A model generated the notes under the pieces. The model did no database searches, had not been told where the DNA came from, and saw only the letters and a program-made list of their open reading frames with translations. A stretch of 63,876 nt of DNA, counting the filler, from Caldilineae bacterium (lineage in GTDB: Bacteria > Chloroflexota > Anaerolineae > DTLA01): assembly GCA_037446815.1 (NCBI GenBank). It is 9 parts of 9 records of this genome, joined end to end, with 100 filler letters (N's around TTAATTAATTAA, not from the genome) between each part and the next. Parts side by side here need not be neighbours in the genome. Positions count along the whole stretch, not along the records: positions 14,427 to 21,488 come from JBBIHX010000151.1; positions 21,589 to 28,634 come from JBBIHX010000152.1; 7 more parts are not named here. One strand, written 5' to 3'. This document shows, in pieces, positions 18,152 to 28,121 of the stretch. Each line of letters starts with the position of its first letter. Positions within the stretch are counted from its first letter, which is position 1. The position numbers and the translations under genes were made by a program.

Positions 18152-18729
18152 GGATGCGCGCGAGTGTGGTCTTGTTGGTGTGTGCGGCGGGGTTGGCCAT
18201 GGCGGGCTGCGGCGCAGGGCCGACAGCGACGCAATCGCCTGCGCCGGCGCCGGGCGCGACTGTCGGCGTCTTGACGCTCACCAGCCCGGCGTTTCCGGCG
18301 GGCGGCGAGATTCCGCGGAAGTACACGTGCGACGGAGAGAACATATCGCCGCCGCTGGCGTGGGATGCGCCGCCCCTTGGCACTCAGAGCCTGGCGCTCA
18401 TCATGGAAGACCCGGACGCGCCGGCGGGCACGTGGGATCACTGGATTCTCTACAACCTCCCTGCGGGCGCGCGCGATCTTGCCGAGGGGGTCAAGGCCGT
18501 GCTGGACCCGAAGACCGGCACCACGAGCCGCGCCGGGACAAACAGTTGGGGCAAACTGGAGTACGGCGGGCCATGTCCTCCGAGCGGCCAGCACCGGTAC
18601 TTCTTCCGCCTGTACGCGCTGGACACGATGCTGGGCCTGGGGTTGGGGGCGAACAAGGCACAGTTGCTCGCCGCCATGGCCGGGCACATCCTGGCCCAGG
18701 GCGAACTGATGGGCACGTATCGGCGATAG
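18148..18729 (+). CDS. YbhB/YbcL (PEBP, Raf kinase inhibitor-like) lipoprotein
   Basis: Lipobox MAGC, YTCDGENISPPL.W, EDPDAP..TWDHW, YGGPCPP..HRYFFRLYALD. Confidence 0.92.
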   Translation: MRMRASVVLLVCAAGLAMAGCGAGPTATQSPAPAPGATVGVLTLTSPAFPAGGEIPRKYTCDGENISPPLAWDAPPLGTQSLALIMEDPDAPAGTWDHWILYNLPAGARDLAEGVKAVLDPKTGTTSRAGTNSWGKLEYGGPCPPSGQHRYFFRLYALDTMLGLGLGANKAQLLAAMAGHILAQGELMGTYRR

Positions 18730-18788
18730 GTGCCACGATGGGGTGGCCGTCCCATCCCCGCATCGCAGCAGGGTTGACGGAGGGCGCG

Positions 18789-19088
18789 TTACACGGCGGG
18801 GGTGCCGGCGAGCATCTCCTGTTTCAACTTGTTGGCCGACCACAGGGGCACCCCGACCTGGATCACGAGTTGAATCGGGATGCACACGAAGCCCACGATG
18901 AGCGCCAGCAGCAGCGTGATGGCTACCGCGGCGATGATGTCATACACCAGCCAGGCGATGAGGCGGATGATGCCGTCGTTGGTGCGACCGGCATAGAAGT
19001 GACCTAGACCCAGCAGGCCGAAGAACCCGCCGACGAATTCAATCAGGAACGCTGTGTTGGGATCCTTGGGACTGATTCCGGTTGCCAT
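18789..19088 (-). CDS. Small TM2-domain membrane protein
   Basis: K...AFLI..GGFFG.LGLGHFYAG..DG motif plus hydrophobic helices. RBS AGGAGG. Confidence 0.8.
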   Translation of the reverse strand: MATGISPKDPNTAFLIEFVGGFFGLLGLGHFYAGRTNDGIIRLIAWLVYDIIAAVAITLLLALIVGFVCIPIQLVIQVGVPLWSANKLKQEMLAGTPAV

Positions 19089-19169
19089 TGCTCGCCTCCT
19101 AAACATGGGATGAACGGGTGCCAAACGTGGCGACATCCTAGCGCAACTTTGCGCGGCTGTCAATGTCCA

Positions 19170-21209
19170 TCACGGGCTTGGCGCAACCGCGTACCGCGTG
19201 AGGAGCAGATGCCCATCCATGCGGCGCTTGTATTCGGCGATCGTCCCACCTGGGAAGCGGGCCTGGAGCGTGGGCAGGATGTCAGCCTGGTCCGGCAAGA
19301 TGTAGAAATGGAGCGGCTCGCTCGGGTTCAGGCGGTCCAGGACGGCGGGGACGCAGCCCAGGAAGCCATCGCGGGAGACGTAGGCGGTCGGTGAGTGGTA
19401 CACCTTGCCCGACGCGTCCACGCCCTCGTGGGTGCAGAGCAGGAACATGCCCTGGCCCCGATTCCGCCCGTAATCCAGCGCGGCGATGGTTACCGCTTCC
19501 TGCGTGGGCGTCTTGTACGCCTGGTGGACGTTGTACACGCCGAAGTAGAAGTGGATATCCAGGGCGATGAGGATAACGGCAATCAGCGTCGCCGCACGGG
19601 TGGCCGTCTGTGGGGTCCAGCCCGCCAATTGCGCCACTTGCGCCATACCCGCATCTATACCGATGGCGACGACAAGGATCGCCGCCGGAAGCACTCCCAG
19701 CAGGCGGTGGAACGTCGCCGCGTCGGTGATGAGCACGGAACCCAGGGTCAGGACGACAAGCATCCACGCGATGAGGCCTTGATTCGCCGGCTTCTTGATG
19801 CGGGCGAACACGGCCACAAGCCCGATGAGGAACAGCGGCGCTTGCGCGGGATGTAGCATGGCCTGCTGCGGATGGTAGAACGTGCCGCGATCGGGGGTTG
19901 CCGTGAAGACGAGCAGGGTGTCGCGAATCTGGTACCACCACAATCGCCATTCGGGCAAGCCCATGTGCGCGGAGAGTTGTTGCATCTTGTCGGAGAATGG
20001 CATGGTGAGGAACAGGTGCTCCGAGATGCTCCCTGGGTTGCGAAGCCAGTGGCCAAATAGCGGCCCGGCGGTTACCAGCGTAACCAGCGCGAAGCCGAGG
20101 AGGAGCCTCCACGCACGGAGGATGCCGCGCCAATCGGCAATGAGCCACACGATGAGCGTTGCCAGCACGACGAATGGGATGGCGCGCGTTCCGAAGTAGA
20201 AGTACTGGGCGAATCCCAGCCCGAACCCTGCTGCCGCGTAGGCCCAGGCGTTGCCCGTCGCGCCGGCGAGCCACAGCGCCGCCAGCACCCACACGGCGAA
20301 CAGGCTATCGCCGTTGTTGTTCAGCCCCAGGCGGCTGAAGTGGATGGCGGTGTTGGCGCCGAGAGCCAGCAGTCCTGCAATGGCAGCGACGCGGCGGCCC
20401 CAGCAGGTTCGCGCCAGGACATACAGCGCGACGACCATGAGCGACCCTGCGATGGCCCAGGGCAGGCGCAGGGCGAAGAACGTCCGGCCGAAGGCGCGGA
20501 TGAACAGGCCGTTGACGAAGAATTGCAGCGTCGGGTGAGTGGCCCAGCCCGTGGCGAAGGGGTCTGTCGCCAGGCCCTCGGCGGCGTCCGCTGCCGACAG
20601 GCCCAACGAGGCCTCATCCGGGTCCACGCCCATGGGAATCGTCTCCAGGCAGGGCACGCGGAGGAGAAGGGCCCCGACGAGCAGCAGCGCCATGATGAGC
20701 GCGTCGCGCCTGTCCAGCGGCTCCCACACAGGCAATCCCAGCCGGATGGGTTTCGGTTCCAGCCGCGTGACCGCCGCGATGACGAAGAGGCAGGCGATGC
20801 CCCAGACCAGGAACAGTTGCCACGTCTGCGCCCAGTGTTTCCACCCGCCTGGGTTCGCGGCCAGGGGCAGCATGATGTGGAGGCCCGCCGCGGCCTGCAC
20901 CCAATCGGCGAGCGCGCGGGGAACCTGGGGGCGAACTCGCAGGATGAGGAGCAGCAGGTTCACGGCGATGATGGTGAAGCCCCACGCCTGCGCCTGCGGG
21001 ATGGCGCGCAGGAGGAACTGGCCGACGTACATGCCAACGAGAGGCATGAGGAGATGCACGACAGATGAGAGTTTGGCCCTCTGTTCATCGCGGAGGGTCA
21101 GGCGGGGCATCCTGGCTGCCGCCATCAGATTCCTGAGGCGGCGGGAAGCCGAACGATGGGGCGAGGTGCTGTGGCCCGCGTCGGGGGGTTGTCCAGGCTG
21201 CTCATGCAT
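19170..21209 (-). CDS. GT-C glycosyltransferase (PMT/GT39/ArnT-like) membrane protein
   Basis: Loop-1 DPDEA, HPTL..F, ALRLP.A..G, HFSR, many TM helices. ATG 21209 follows AAGGAG. Confidence 0.85.
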   Translation of the reverse strand: MHEQPGQPPDAGHSTSPHRSASRRLRNLMAAARMPRLTLRDEQRAKLSSVVHLLMPLVGMYVGQFLLRAIPQAQAWGFTIIAVNLLLLILRVRPQVPRALADWVQAAAGLHIMLPLAANPGGWKHWAQTWQLFLVWGIACLFVIAAVTRLEPKPIRLGLPVWEPLDRRDALIMALLLVGALLLRVPCLETIPMGVDPDEASLGLSAADAAEGLATDPFATGWATHPTLQFFVNGLFIRAFGRTFFALRLPWAIAGSLMVVALYVLARTCWGRRVAAIAGLLALGANTAIHFSRLGLNNNGDSLFAVWVLAALWLAGATGNAWAYAAAGFGLGFAQYFYFGTRAIPFVVLATLIVWLIADWRGILRAWRLLLGFALVTLVTAGPLFGHWLRNPGSISEHLFLTMPFSDKMQQLSAHMGLPEWRLWWYQIRDTLLVFTATPDRGTFYHPQQAMLHPAQAPLFLIGLVAVFARIKKPANQGLIAWMLVVLTLGSVLITDAATFHRLLGVLPAAILVVAIGIDAGMAQVAQLAGWTPQTATRAATLIAVILIALDIHFYFGVYNVHQAYKTPTQEAVTIAALDYGRNRGQGMFLLCTHEGVDASGKVYHSPTAYVSRDGFLGCVPAVLDRLNPSEPLHFYILPDQADILPTLQARFPGGTIAEYKRRMDGHLLLTRYAVAPSP

Positions 21210-21274
21210 GGGTTGATGCTCCTTGCCGTGTTGCGGGCAGTCTAGCACACCGCAATGGGAGCGTCAACTGGGCG

Positions 21275-21488
21275 TGAGATTCTTCGCGGCTTCGCCGCTC
21301 AGAATGACAGATTGGGTAACCGCGAATCACGCGAGCCCACGCGGAGGGGAACGTGCGACGCATCTCCGAGGTGCGTCGCACGTTGGCCCCCCGGGTTGTC
21401 ATGCCGAGCCGAAGGCGAAGCATCTCTAGGGTTGTATCCACGGATAACGCGGATTACACGGATGGGCGGGAGATTCTTCGGGGCTTCG
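21275..21488. repeat. Intergenic repeat mosaic at contig end
   Basis: AGATTCTTCGCGGCTTCGCCGCTCAGAATGAC, GTGCGACGC palindrome and 9-mer CACGGAT units. Confidence 0.8.
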
Positions 21489-21588
21489 NNNNNNNNNNNN
21501 NNNNNNNNNNNNNNNNNNNNNNNNNNNNNNNNTTAATTAATTAANNNNNNNNNNNNNNNNNNNNNNNNNNNNNNNNNNNNNNNNNNNN
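21489..21588. other. Artificial contig linker
   Basis: N44-TTAATTAATTAA-N44. Confidence 0.98.
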
Positions 21589-21880
21589 TGCTGAGCCGAA
21601 GGCGATGCACCCTCGCCCTTCAGGAGAGGGCTGGGGTGAGGGGCGAGATTCTTCGCCCTCCGCCGCTCAGAATGACAGCAGATATTGTGTCATGCTGAGC
21701 CGAAGGCGATGCACCCTCGCCCTTCAGGAGAGGGCTGGGGTGAGGGGCGAGATTCTTCGCCCTCCGCCGCTCAGAATGACAGCAGATATTGTGTCATGCT
21801 GAGCCGAAGGCGATGCACCCTCGCCCTTCAGGAGAGGGCTGGGGTGAGGGGGAGATTTTTCGCCCTCCGCCGCTCAGAAT
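21589..21880. repeat. Tandem array of the TIR element, 104-nt period, about 3 units
   Basis: Units start at 21589, 21693 and 21797 and are essentially identical, including the short GCAGATATTG connector. Confidence 0.9.
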
Positions 21881-21994
21881 GGCGGTAGGTGCCAAAAGAC
21901 TTTGGAGCCGAACCTTCTTCGCGGCCACGTTAGATGCCACAGCGCGAACATGCTATAATGATCCCAGCCTGGATTCACGGAGCGTTGGCCCGGC

Positions 21995-23254
21995 ATGAGA
22001 GAATGGTTTCGCAGGCAGCGGCTGGACGTCGGCGTGGAGCGCGTGCTGTGGCTTCGCTGGGTGGCGACGGGACTTGTCGTTGTCGTCGCCCTGCTGGGCT
22101 CTGCGCCCCCGTGGCCCCTGCTGCTTCTCCTCCTGGCCTACAACGCCGTGGTGGACATGTGGCAGCGGTTCTCACCCAGGTTGCGAAACCCGATGCTCGG
22201 ATTGCTCCCGGACATCCTTATCTTCGGGCGATTCGCCTATGAAGCGGGCGATGCGATGGGGCCCGCGTACCTGCTGTTCGTTGCCTCCGCTGCGTGGGCC
22301 GTTGCTGCCGAGGCTGCGCTCCAGGGGTGGCTCATCGGGCTGGGGTTGGGCGTGGGCTACGACGTGGCGATCTTGTGGGCGGCGCGGGCGTTTCCCGACG
22401 CGGCCGCGTTGGGCGGGTGGATTGTTCTGGCGCTAGGCCTGTCGCTGGTGGGCGGGCTGTCCGCCTCACTGGGCAGGCTGCTCCGCGCCGAGCAGCAGCG
22501 CGTGCTCCAGCAGGGCAAAGTGGCCGAGGAACTGCGCGCGCTGGAACAACTCAAGAGCGACTTTCTGTCCACGGTGTCGCACGAATTCCGAACACCGCTG
22601 ACGGCCATCAAGGTCTCCGTGGGCTTGCTGGCCGACCGACTCCGGGGTTCGGACGCAGAAATAGACCGCCTGATGAGCACAATCCTGCGCAATGTGGATC
22701 GGCTCAACCAGATGGTAGGTGGAGTGCTGGAAATGGCGCGCCTGCAGAGCGGGAAGGTCATCCTGCAGAAGCGCTCCGTGGACGCCTGCCAGGTGGTGCG
22801 TGAGATCGCCGGCTCGCTCCAGCCGCTCATGGACGAGAAGGACCAGTTGTTCACCCTGCGACTACCGGACACGCCTGTGCTCCTGATGGCTGACGCGAAC
22901 CGACTGGAGCAAATCCTGAGCAACCTGCTGTCCAACGCGCAGCGCTACACGCCGCGCGGGGGCCAAATCGCCGTAGAAGTGCGCGAACTGGGCGACTGGG
23001 TGCGCATCTACGTGTCGGACACGGGGCCGGGAATCCCCTACAACGAACTCCCGCACATCTTTGACCGCTTCTATCGTGGGCAGGTGGGGCGGAAGGCGGG
23101 GCCGGGCACCGGGCTTGGCCTGTCCATCGCGCGGTCGCTGGCGCGGCTGCACGGCGGCGATGTGGGGGTCAGCACCAAACCCGGGGAGGGGTGCGTGTTC
23201 TTCGTAACGCTGCCGAAAGAGGAGGCTCTCGGTGAGATTCCTGGTGGTAGATGA
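21995..23254 (+). CDS. Membrane sensor histidine kinase
   Basis: N-terminal TM bundle, H-box SHEFRTPL, N-box NLLSNA, DTGPGI, FDRFY, GTGLGL. TGcTATAAT at 21951-21959. Confidence 0.93.
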   Translation: MREWFRRQRLDVGVERVLWLRWVATGLVVVVALLGSAPPWPLLLLLLAYNAVVDMWQRFSPRLRNPMLGLLPDILIFGRFAYEAGDAMGPAYLLFVASAAWAVAAEAALQGWLIGLGLGVGYDVAILWAARAFPDAAALGGWIVLALGLSLVGGLSASLGRLLRAEQQRVLQQGKVAEELRALEQLKSDFLSTVSHEFRTPLTAIKVSVGLLADRLRGSDAEIDRLMSTILRNVDRLNQMVGGVLEMARLQSGKVILQKRSVDACQVVREIAGSLQPLMDEKDQLFTLRLPDTPVLLMADANRLEQILSNLLSNAQRYTPRGGQIAVEVRELGDWVRIYVSDTGPGIPYNELPHIFDRFYRGQVGRKAGPGTGLGLSIARSLARLHGGDVGVSTKPGEGCVFFVTLPKEEALGEIPGGR

Positions 23255-23924
23255 CGAGGCGGACGTGGTGGAGGTGGTCTCCGTAACCCTCAAGATGCAG
23301 TGGGGCGAGGAAGCGCAGGTCCTTGCGGCCTACACGGGGGAGGAGGCCCTGTCGCTGATGCTTTCGGGGCACCCCGATTTGGTCATTCTGGACATTGCCT
23401 TGCCGGACATGGACGGGTTTGAGGTATGCCGCCGAATACGCGAATTCTCCGACGTGCCCATCCTGATGCTCACGGCCAAAGATGACGAAATGGACAAGGT
23501 GCGCGGGCTGGAACTGGGGGCCGATGACTACATCACGAAGCCATTCGGGCACCTGGAACTACTGGCCCGGATTCGGGCTGTTCTCCGCCGGGTACAAATC
23601 CCTCTTCCCGCCACTGGTGGCTCGCGCATCATCGTCGGCGACGTGGTGCTCGATATGAACCGCCGCACGGTGGAGGTGCAGGGGCGGCCCATTCGGCTCA
23701 CGCCGACGGAGTTCAATCTTCTCCAGCAACTCATGCGCAACGCGGGCAAGGTGCTGCCCCACGAGACCTTGCTGGCGCGGGTCTGGGGGCCGGAGTACCG
23801 CCGCGAAATTGACTACCTGAAAGTGTACATCCGCCGCCTGCGCGAGAAACTGGAGCACGACCCGCAGAACCCGGAGTACATCCTCACAGAATACGGCATC
23901 GGATACTGGTTCCGCGGCCCGTGA
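23232..23924 (+). CDS. OmpR-family response regulator (KdpE-like)
   Basis: VVDDE, LVILDIALP, MLTA, DDYITKPF, LTPTEF, YIRRLREKLE, GIGY. GTG start overlaps the kinase. Confidence 0.93.
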   Translation: MRFLVVDDEADVVEVVSVTLKMQWGEEAQVLAAYTGEEALSLMLSGHPDLVILDIALPDMDGFEVCRRIREFSDVPILMLTAKDDEMDKVRGLELGADDYITKPFGHLELLARIRAVLRRVQIPLPATGGSRIIVGDVVLDMNRRTVEVQGRPIRLTPTEFNLLQQLMRNAGKVLPHETLLARVWGPEYRREIDYLKVYIRRLREKLEHDPQNPEYILTEYGIGYWFRGP

Positions 23925-23938
23925 GGGACGAAACGGTT

Positions 23939-23992
23939 TTTACCATTATTCACCGGTTTTTCCTCGCCATATTTACGCCTCCCTGATATGCT
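23939..23992 (+). promoter_or_regulatory. Putative promoter of the darA-glmL operon with TT(T/C)AC direct repeats
   Basis: TTTACC (23939), TTCACC (23949), TTTCCT (23959), TTTACG (23972), then TGaTATGCT (23984-23992). Confidence 0.45.
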
Positions 23993-24103
23993 GGTAGCAG
24001 AAGCACTGTTCGCTTTGTGAGCGCTGTTTTGTTTGCGTTGCCTGCAAGTTGCCGGTGAAGGCTATGCGGCAGGAGCCAGAATCTGCCGCGGAGGGAGTAA
24101 CCG

Positions 24104-24415
24104 ATGCGATTGGTCGCCGCGATGGTTCAGGATCCCGATGCCGATGATTTGCTGAACGCGCTCATGGAGCACGGATTCCGCGCCACGCGCATTGAGACCA
24201 CTGGCGGATTCCTACGCGGATCCAACAGCCTGATCCTCATCGGCGTGCCCGCCCAGCAGGTGGAAGACGTGCTGGACGTGATACGCCATCACTGCCACAC
24301 CCGCACTCAGGTCGTTACCCCCGACGATGCGCCTTTCCTGAACGGCGCCATTGAGGTGGAAATCGGCGGGGCCATCGTATTCGTATGGGAAATCACCCGA
24401 TTTGAGCGCCTATGA
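24104..24415 (+). CDS. darA: PII-like cyclic-di-AMP receptor (DarA/PstA/YaaQ family)
   Basis: VQD.DA..L..AL...GFRAT....TGGFLR..N...LIGV....V..VL.VI...C.TR, ending GGAIVFV. Confidence 0.88.
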   Translation: MRLVAAMVQDPDADDLLNALMEHGFRATRIETTGGFLRGSNSLILIGVPAQQVEDVLDVIRHHCHTRTQVVTPDDAPFLNGAIEVEIGGAIVFVWEITRFERL

Positions 24416-25866
24416 TTTCCAATGTTGTGCACCCGAAGGCGCGCTTGCACGGGCAAGCAGCAACGCTGGAATACCCTGCGCTGACCATTGACCTGGGGAG
24501 CACCTACACCAAGGTGGCCGTGATAGACTTGGCCCAGGCGAGGCTTATGGCGCGGGTGCAGGCCGTTACCACGGCCGAATCGGACATCACCGTGGGGCTG
24601 ATGAACGCGCTGGCCAAGTTGCCCGAGGACTGGGGGCGGCGGGCCGGCGAGTTTCCGGTGCGGTTGGCCTGCTCCAGCGCGCGCGGGGGCCTGCGGGTGG
24701 TAGCCATCGGCCTGGTGCCGGAACTGACGGCGGAGGCGGCTCGGCGCGCGGCGTTGGGGGCGGGCGCGCGGGTGATGAAGGCGTACTCGCATCACCTGAC
24801 CCTGGCCGAACTCGGCGAGATCGTGCGCATGGAGCCGGATATCATCCTGTTGTGTGGGGGCACCGATGGCGGGAATCAGGAGGTCATCCTGCACAACGCG
24901 AAGGCGCTGGCCCATTCTTCGCTCCGCGCGCCTATCGTCTTTGCGGGCAATAAGCACGCCGCCGACGAGGCGCGGGCGATGCTGGAGGAGCGCGGGAAGG
25001 AGGTCTACGTTACCGAGAACGTGATGCCCGCGCTGGGCGAGTTGAACGTGGAACCCGCGCGCCAAACCATTCGCGAAGTCTTCATGCGGCGGATTGTGGA
25101 CGGGAAGGGCCTGCGGAACGTGGAAGCGTTCGTCCAGTCGGTTGCCATGCCCACGCCGGAGGCCGTGATGCGGGCGGCCAAACTTCTCGCCAAGGGCACC
25201 AAATCCCGCGAAGGGCTGGGTGAACTGATGGTGGTGGATGTGGGGGGAGCCACAACGGATGTGCACTCCATCGCAACGGGGGAGCCGACGATGCGCACCG
25301 TGGTGCAGCGCGGCCTGCCCGAACCCTACGCCAAGCGCACGGTGGAGGGCGATTTGGGCCTGCGGGTCAGCGCGGCTTCGCTGTTGGAGTCCGTCGGCGA
25401 ACGCCGTCTTGCCCAGGAAGCAGGCCTTCCTGACAAGAACGTGGCGGCTATCGTGGAGAGATTGCCCCGCGACATCGGCTGGGTGGCCCATGACGAGACC
25501 GAGTGGGCGCTGGATGAGGGCATGGCCCATGCGGCGGTTCGCCTGTCGGTGGAGCGGCACGTGGGCTACCTGAAAGAGATGCGCCTGCCCGCCGGGTACT
25601 GCTATATCCAGATCGGCAAAGACCTGACGAACGTCCAGCACCTTATCGGGACGGGCGGGGTCTTCGCCTACGGGCAACACCCCTTTCGGGTGCTGCGCGC
25701 CGGGCTGTACGACCCGCAGAATCCGCTGTCGCTGAAGCCGAAAGCCCCCCGCCTGTGGATTGACAGGCCCTACATCCTATGGGCGGTGGGACTTCTATCC
25801 GAAGTGAATTCCGACGCGGCGTTTGATCTCGGCGTCGCCAGTCTGCAAGCAGAGGAGGACACATGA
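24412..25866 (+). CDS. glmL: Glutamate mutase accessory/reactivase-like ASKHA ATPase (GlmL)
   Basis: IDLGSTYTK, ACSSARGGL, AALGAGA, GGTDGGN, AGN, MPTP, VDVGGATTDVHS, KRTVEGDLG, IGTGG. Confidence 0.9.
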   Translation: MISNVVHPKARLHGQAATLEYPALTIDLGSTYTKVAVIDLAQARLMARVQAVTTAESDITVGLMNALAKLPEDWGRRAGEFPVRLACSSARGGLRVVAIGLVPELTAEAARRAALGAGARVMKAYSHHLTLAELGEIVRMEPDIILLCGGTDGGNQEVILHNAKALAHSSLRAPIVFAGNKHAADEARAMLEERGKEVYVTENVMPALGELNVEPARQTIREVFMRRIVDGKGLRNVEAFVQSVAMPTPEAVMRAAKLLAKGTKSREGLGELMVVDVGGATTDVHSIATGEPTMRTVVQRGLPEPYAKRTVEGDLGLRVSAASLLESVGERRLAQEAGLPDKNVAAIVERLPRDIGWVAHDETEWALDEGMAHAAVRLSVERHVGYLKEMRLPAGYCYIQIGKDLTNVQHLIGTGGVFAYGQHPFRVLRAGLYDPQNPLSLKPKAPRLWIDRPYILWAVGLLSEVNSDAAFDLGVASLQAEEDT

Positions 25867-26957
25867 CACAGCCAGTCAAGGTAGCGGTTGTTGGTGGAGG
25901 CAACGGCGCCCATGCCATGGCGGGCCACCTGGCGCTAAAGGGGCACACGGTGCGGTTGTACAGCGCCTTCCCCCAGGAGATACGCGCCATGCAGGAGGCC
26001 GGCGGCGTGTTTGTGGAAGGCGCGGTGGAGGGGTTTGGGCGGCTGGATGCCATCTCGGCAGACCCTGCGGCAGTCGTCCCGTGGGCCGATGTCATCATGA
26101 TTGTGGTGCCGGCGTTCGCGCATCGCCCCCTGGCCGAGGCCCTCGCCCCGCACCTGCACGACGGCCAGGTGGTGCTGCTCAACCCTGGGCGGACGGGCGG
26201 CGCGCTGGAAGTCGTCGCGGTGCTGAGGCGGCTGGGGGTTCGCGCCGATGTCGTCGTGGGCGAGGCGCAGACGCTCATCTACGCCTGCCGCATCACGGGG
26301 CCGGCGCGGGTGCGCGTGCTAGGAATCAAGCGGGCGGTGCCCGTGGCGGCGCTGCCGGCGACCGAGAACGAGCGCCTGCTGGCGAAGGTTGTGCCCCTGT
26401 TCCCTGAGTTCTGCCCGGCGGCAAACGTTTTGGAGACCAGCCTGGACAACATCGGCGCGGTGTTCCATCCGGCCACCATGGTGCTCAATGCCAACCGAAT
26501 TGAGGCGGGCGACGATTTTGACTTCTACCAGGGGATGACGCCCATGGTTACCAAGACGCTGGAGGCGGTGGACGCCGAGCGCCTTGCCGTGGCCCAGGCA
26601 TACGGCGTCGCCACCGAGTCCGCCGCCGACTGGCTCCTCAAGGCGTACGACGGGGTTCGGGGCGAGACGCTGTATGAGCGCATCCAGAGCAACCGCGCCT
26701 ACGCGGGCATCAAGGCCCCCAAGTCGCTGAACGTGCGCTACATCACCGAGGACGTGCCCACAGGCTTGGTGCCCATTGCCGCGTTCGGCAGGGCGGCGGG
26801 CCTCACCATGCGGACGTGCGAGGGCATCATTGACCTGTGCTGCACGCTGTTGGGGCGGGATTTCTGGGCCGAGGGCCGAAGTCTGGAGAACCTGGGCCTG
26901 GCGGGCATGGATCGCGAGGCCATCCTGCGCTACGTCAACGAGGGCGCGGGAGTTTAG
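25863..26957 (+). CDS. NAD(P)-dependent opine (octopine/nopaline) dehydrogenase family protein 1
   Basis: GGGNGAHAMA, NPGRTGGALE, ETSLDNIGAVFHP, DAERLAVA, RYITEDVPTGLVP. Confidence 0.9.
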   Translation: MTQPVKVAVVGGGNGAHAMAGHLALKGHTVRLYSAFPQEIRAMQEAGGVFVEGAVEGFGRLDAISADPAAVVPWADVIMIVVPAFAHRPLAEALAPHLHDGQVVLLNPGRTGGALEVVAVLRRLGVRADVVVGEAQTLIYACRITGPARVRVLGIKRAVPVAALPATENERLLAKVVPLFPEFCPAANVLETSLDNIGAVFHPATMVLNANRIEAGDDFDFYQGMTPMVTKTLEAVDAERLAVAQAYGVATESAADWLLKAYDGVRGETLYERIQSNRAYAGIKAPKSLNVRYITEDVPTGLVPIAAFGRAAGLTMRTCEGIIDLCCTLLGRDFWAEGRSLENLGLAGMDREAILRYVNEGAGV

Positions 26958-26975
26958 GCGGAGGGCAGAATCCGT

Positions 26976-28106
26976 ATGGGCGCAAACGGGCCGACAATCC
27001 TGGTCATCGGCGCGGGACACGGCGGGAAGGCGATGGCGGCCGACCTGGCCATCAAAGGCTTCCCCGTGCGGCTGTATAACCGCACCTATTCACGGATTGA
27101 GATGATCGCCCTGCGCGGGGGGATTGACCTGGAGTTTGAAGATGGCCGTTCGCAGTTCGGCCCGCTGGAGATGGTTACGTCGGATCTGGGCATGGCGCTG
27201 GAGGGCGTGAATCTCGTCATGGTGGTGGTGCCCGCGTCGGCCCATGCGGATATCGCGGCGCAGTGCGCGCCGCTGCTGGAGGATGGGCAGGTCATCATCC
27301 TAAACCCTGGGCGCACGGGCGGGGCGCTGGAGTTTCGGCGCGTGCTGCGGGAGCACGGGTGCCGCGCGTCGGTGGTTGTGGCCGAGGCGCAGACCTTTGT
27401 GCTGTCCAGCCGCTCCACCGGCCCCGCGGAGGCGCGCCTGTTCCGCTCCAAGATTACGGTGCCGCTGGCCGCGCTGCCCGCTACGGACACGCCCCGGGCG
27501 CTGGAGGTGGCCCGATTAGCCTACCCGCAGTTTATTCCGGCGCGCAACGTGCTGGAGACCAGCCTGGACAACATGGGCGCGGTGATGCACCCGTCGCTCA
27601 TGATCCTGAACGCCGGGCGCATTGAGGCGACGCGCGGGGAGTTTCAGTTCTACATTGACGGGGCCACGCCCGGGGTGGCGACCGTGCTGGAGCAGGTGGA
27701 CGCGGAGCGCCTCGCCGTGGCCCGCGCGCTGAACGTGCGGGCGCGGTCGGCGCTGGAGTGGCTGCGCGCCGCCTACGCTTCGGTGGGCGACGATCTGTTT
27801 CACGCCATCCAGGGCACGCCCACGTATCGCGGCGTTGCGGCCCCGCGCTCGCTGATGCACCGCTATCTGTTTGAGGATGTGCCGATGAGCCTGGTGCCCA
27901 TGGCGACCATCGGCGCTCACTATGGCGTGGAGACGCCGACGATTCGCGCCATCATCCAACTCGCGTGCGTGCTGCACCGCAAGGATTACTTCGCGGCGGG
28001 GCGCACGCCTGCGCGCCTCGGCATTGAGAACCTGAGCGTGCAGCAACTGACGGACTACGTAGAGGGACGCTGGAGAGCAGCACCGACCGAAGCAACTTCG
28101 CATTGA
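26976..28106 (+). CDS. NAD(P)-dependent opine dehydrogenase family protein 2
   Basis: GAGHGGKAMA, NPGRTGGALE, ETSLDNMGAVMHP, DAERLAVA, RYLFEDVP. Paralog of the upstream gene. Confidence 0.9.
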   Translation: MGANGPTILVIGAGHGGKAMAADLAIKGFPVRLYNRTYSRIEMIALRGGIDLEFEDGRSQFGPLEMVTSDLGMALEGVNLVMVVVPASAHADIAAQCAPLLEDGQVIILNPGRTGGALEFRRVLREHGCRASVVVAEAQTFVLSSRSTGPAEARLFRSKITVPLAALPATDTPRALEVARLAYPQFIPARNVLETSLDNMGAVMHPSLMILNAGRIEATRGEFQFYIDGATPGVATVLEQVDAERLAVARALNVRARSALEWLRAAYASVGDDLFHAIQGTPTYRGVAAPRSLMHRYLFEDVPMSLVPMATIGAHYGVETPTIRAIIQLACVLHRKDYFAAGRTPARLGIENLSVQQLTDYVEGRWRAAPTEATSH

Positions 28107-28121
28107 TTGCAAGGAGGAGTC

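Noticed and set aside
21589..21880. Possible CRISPR array
   Set aside because: The 104-nt units are identical throughout, with no unique spacers and no cas genes; the unit is the dispersed TIR element.
24412..25866. Mismatch-repair MutL
   Set aside because: Name overlap only. The motifs are ASKHA/GlmL, not GHKL.
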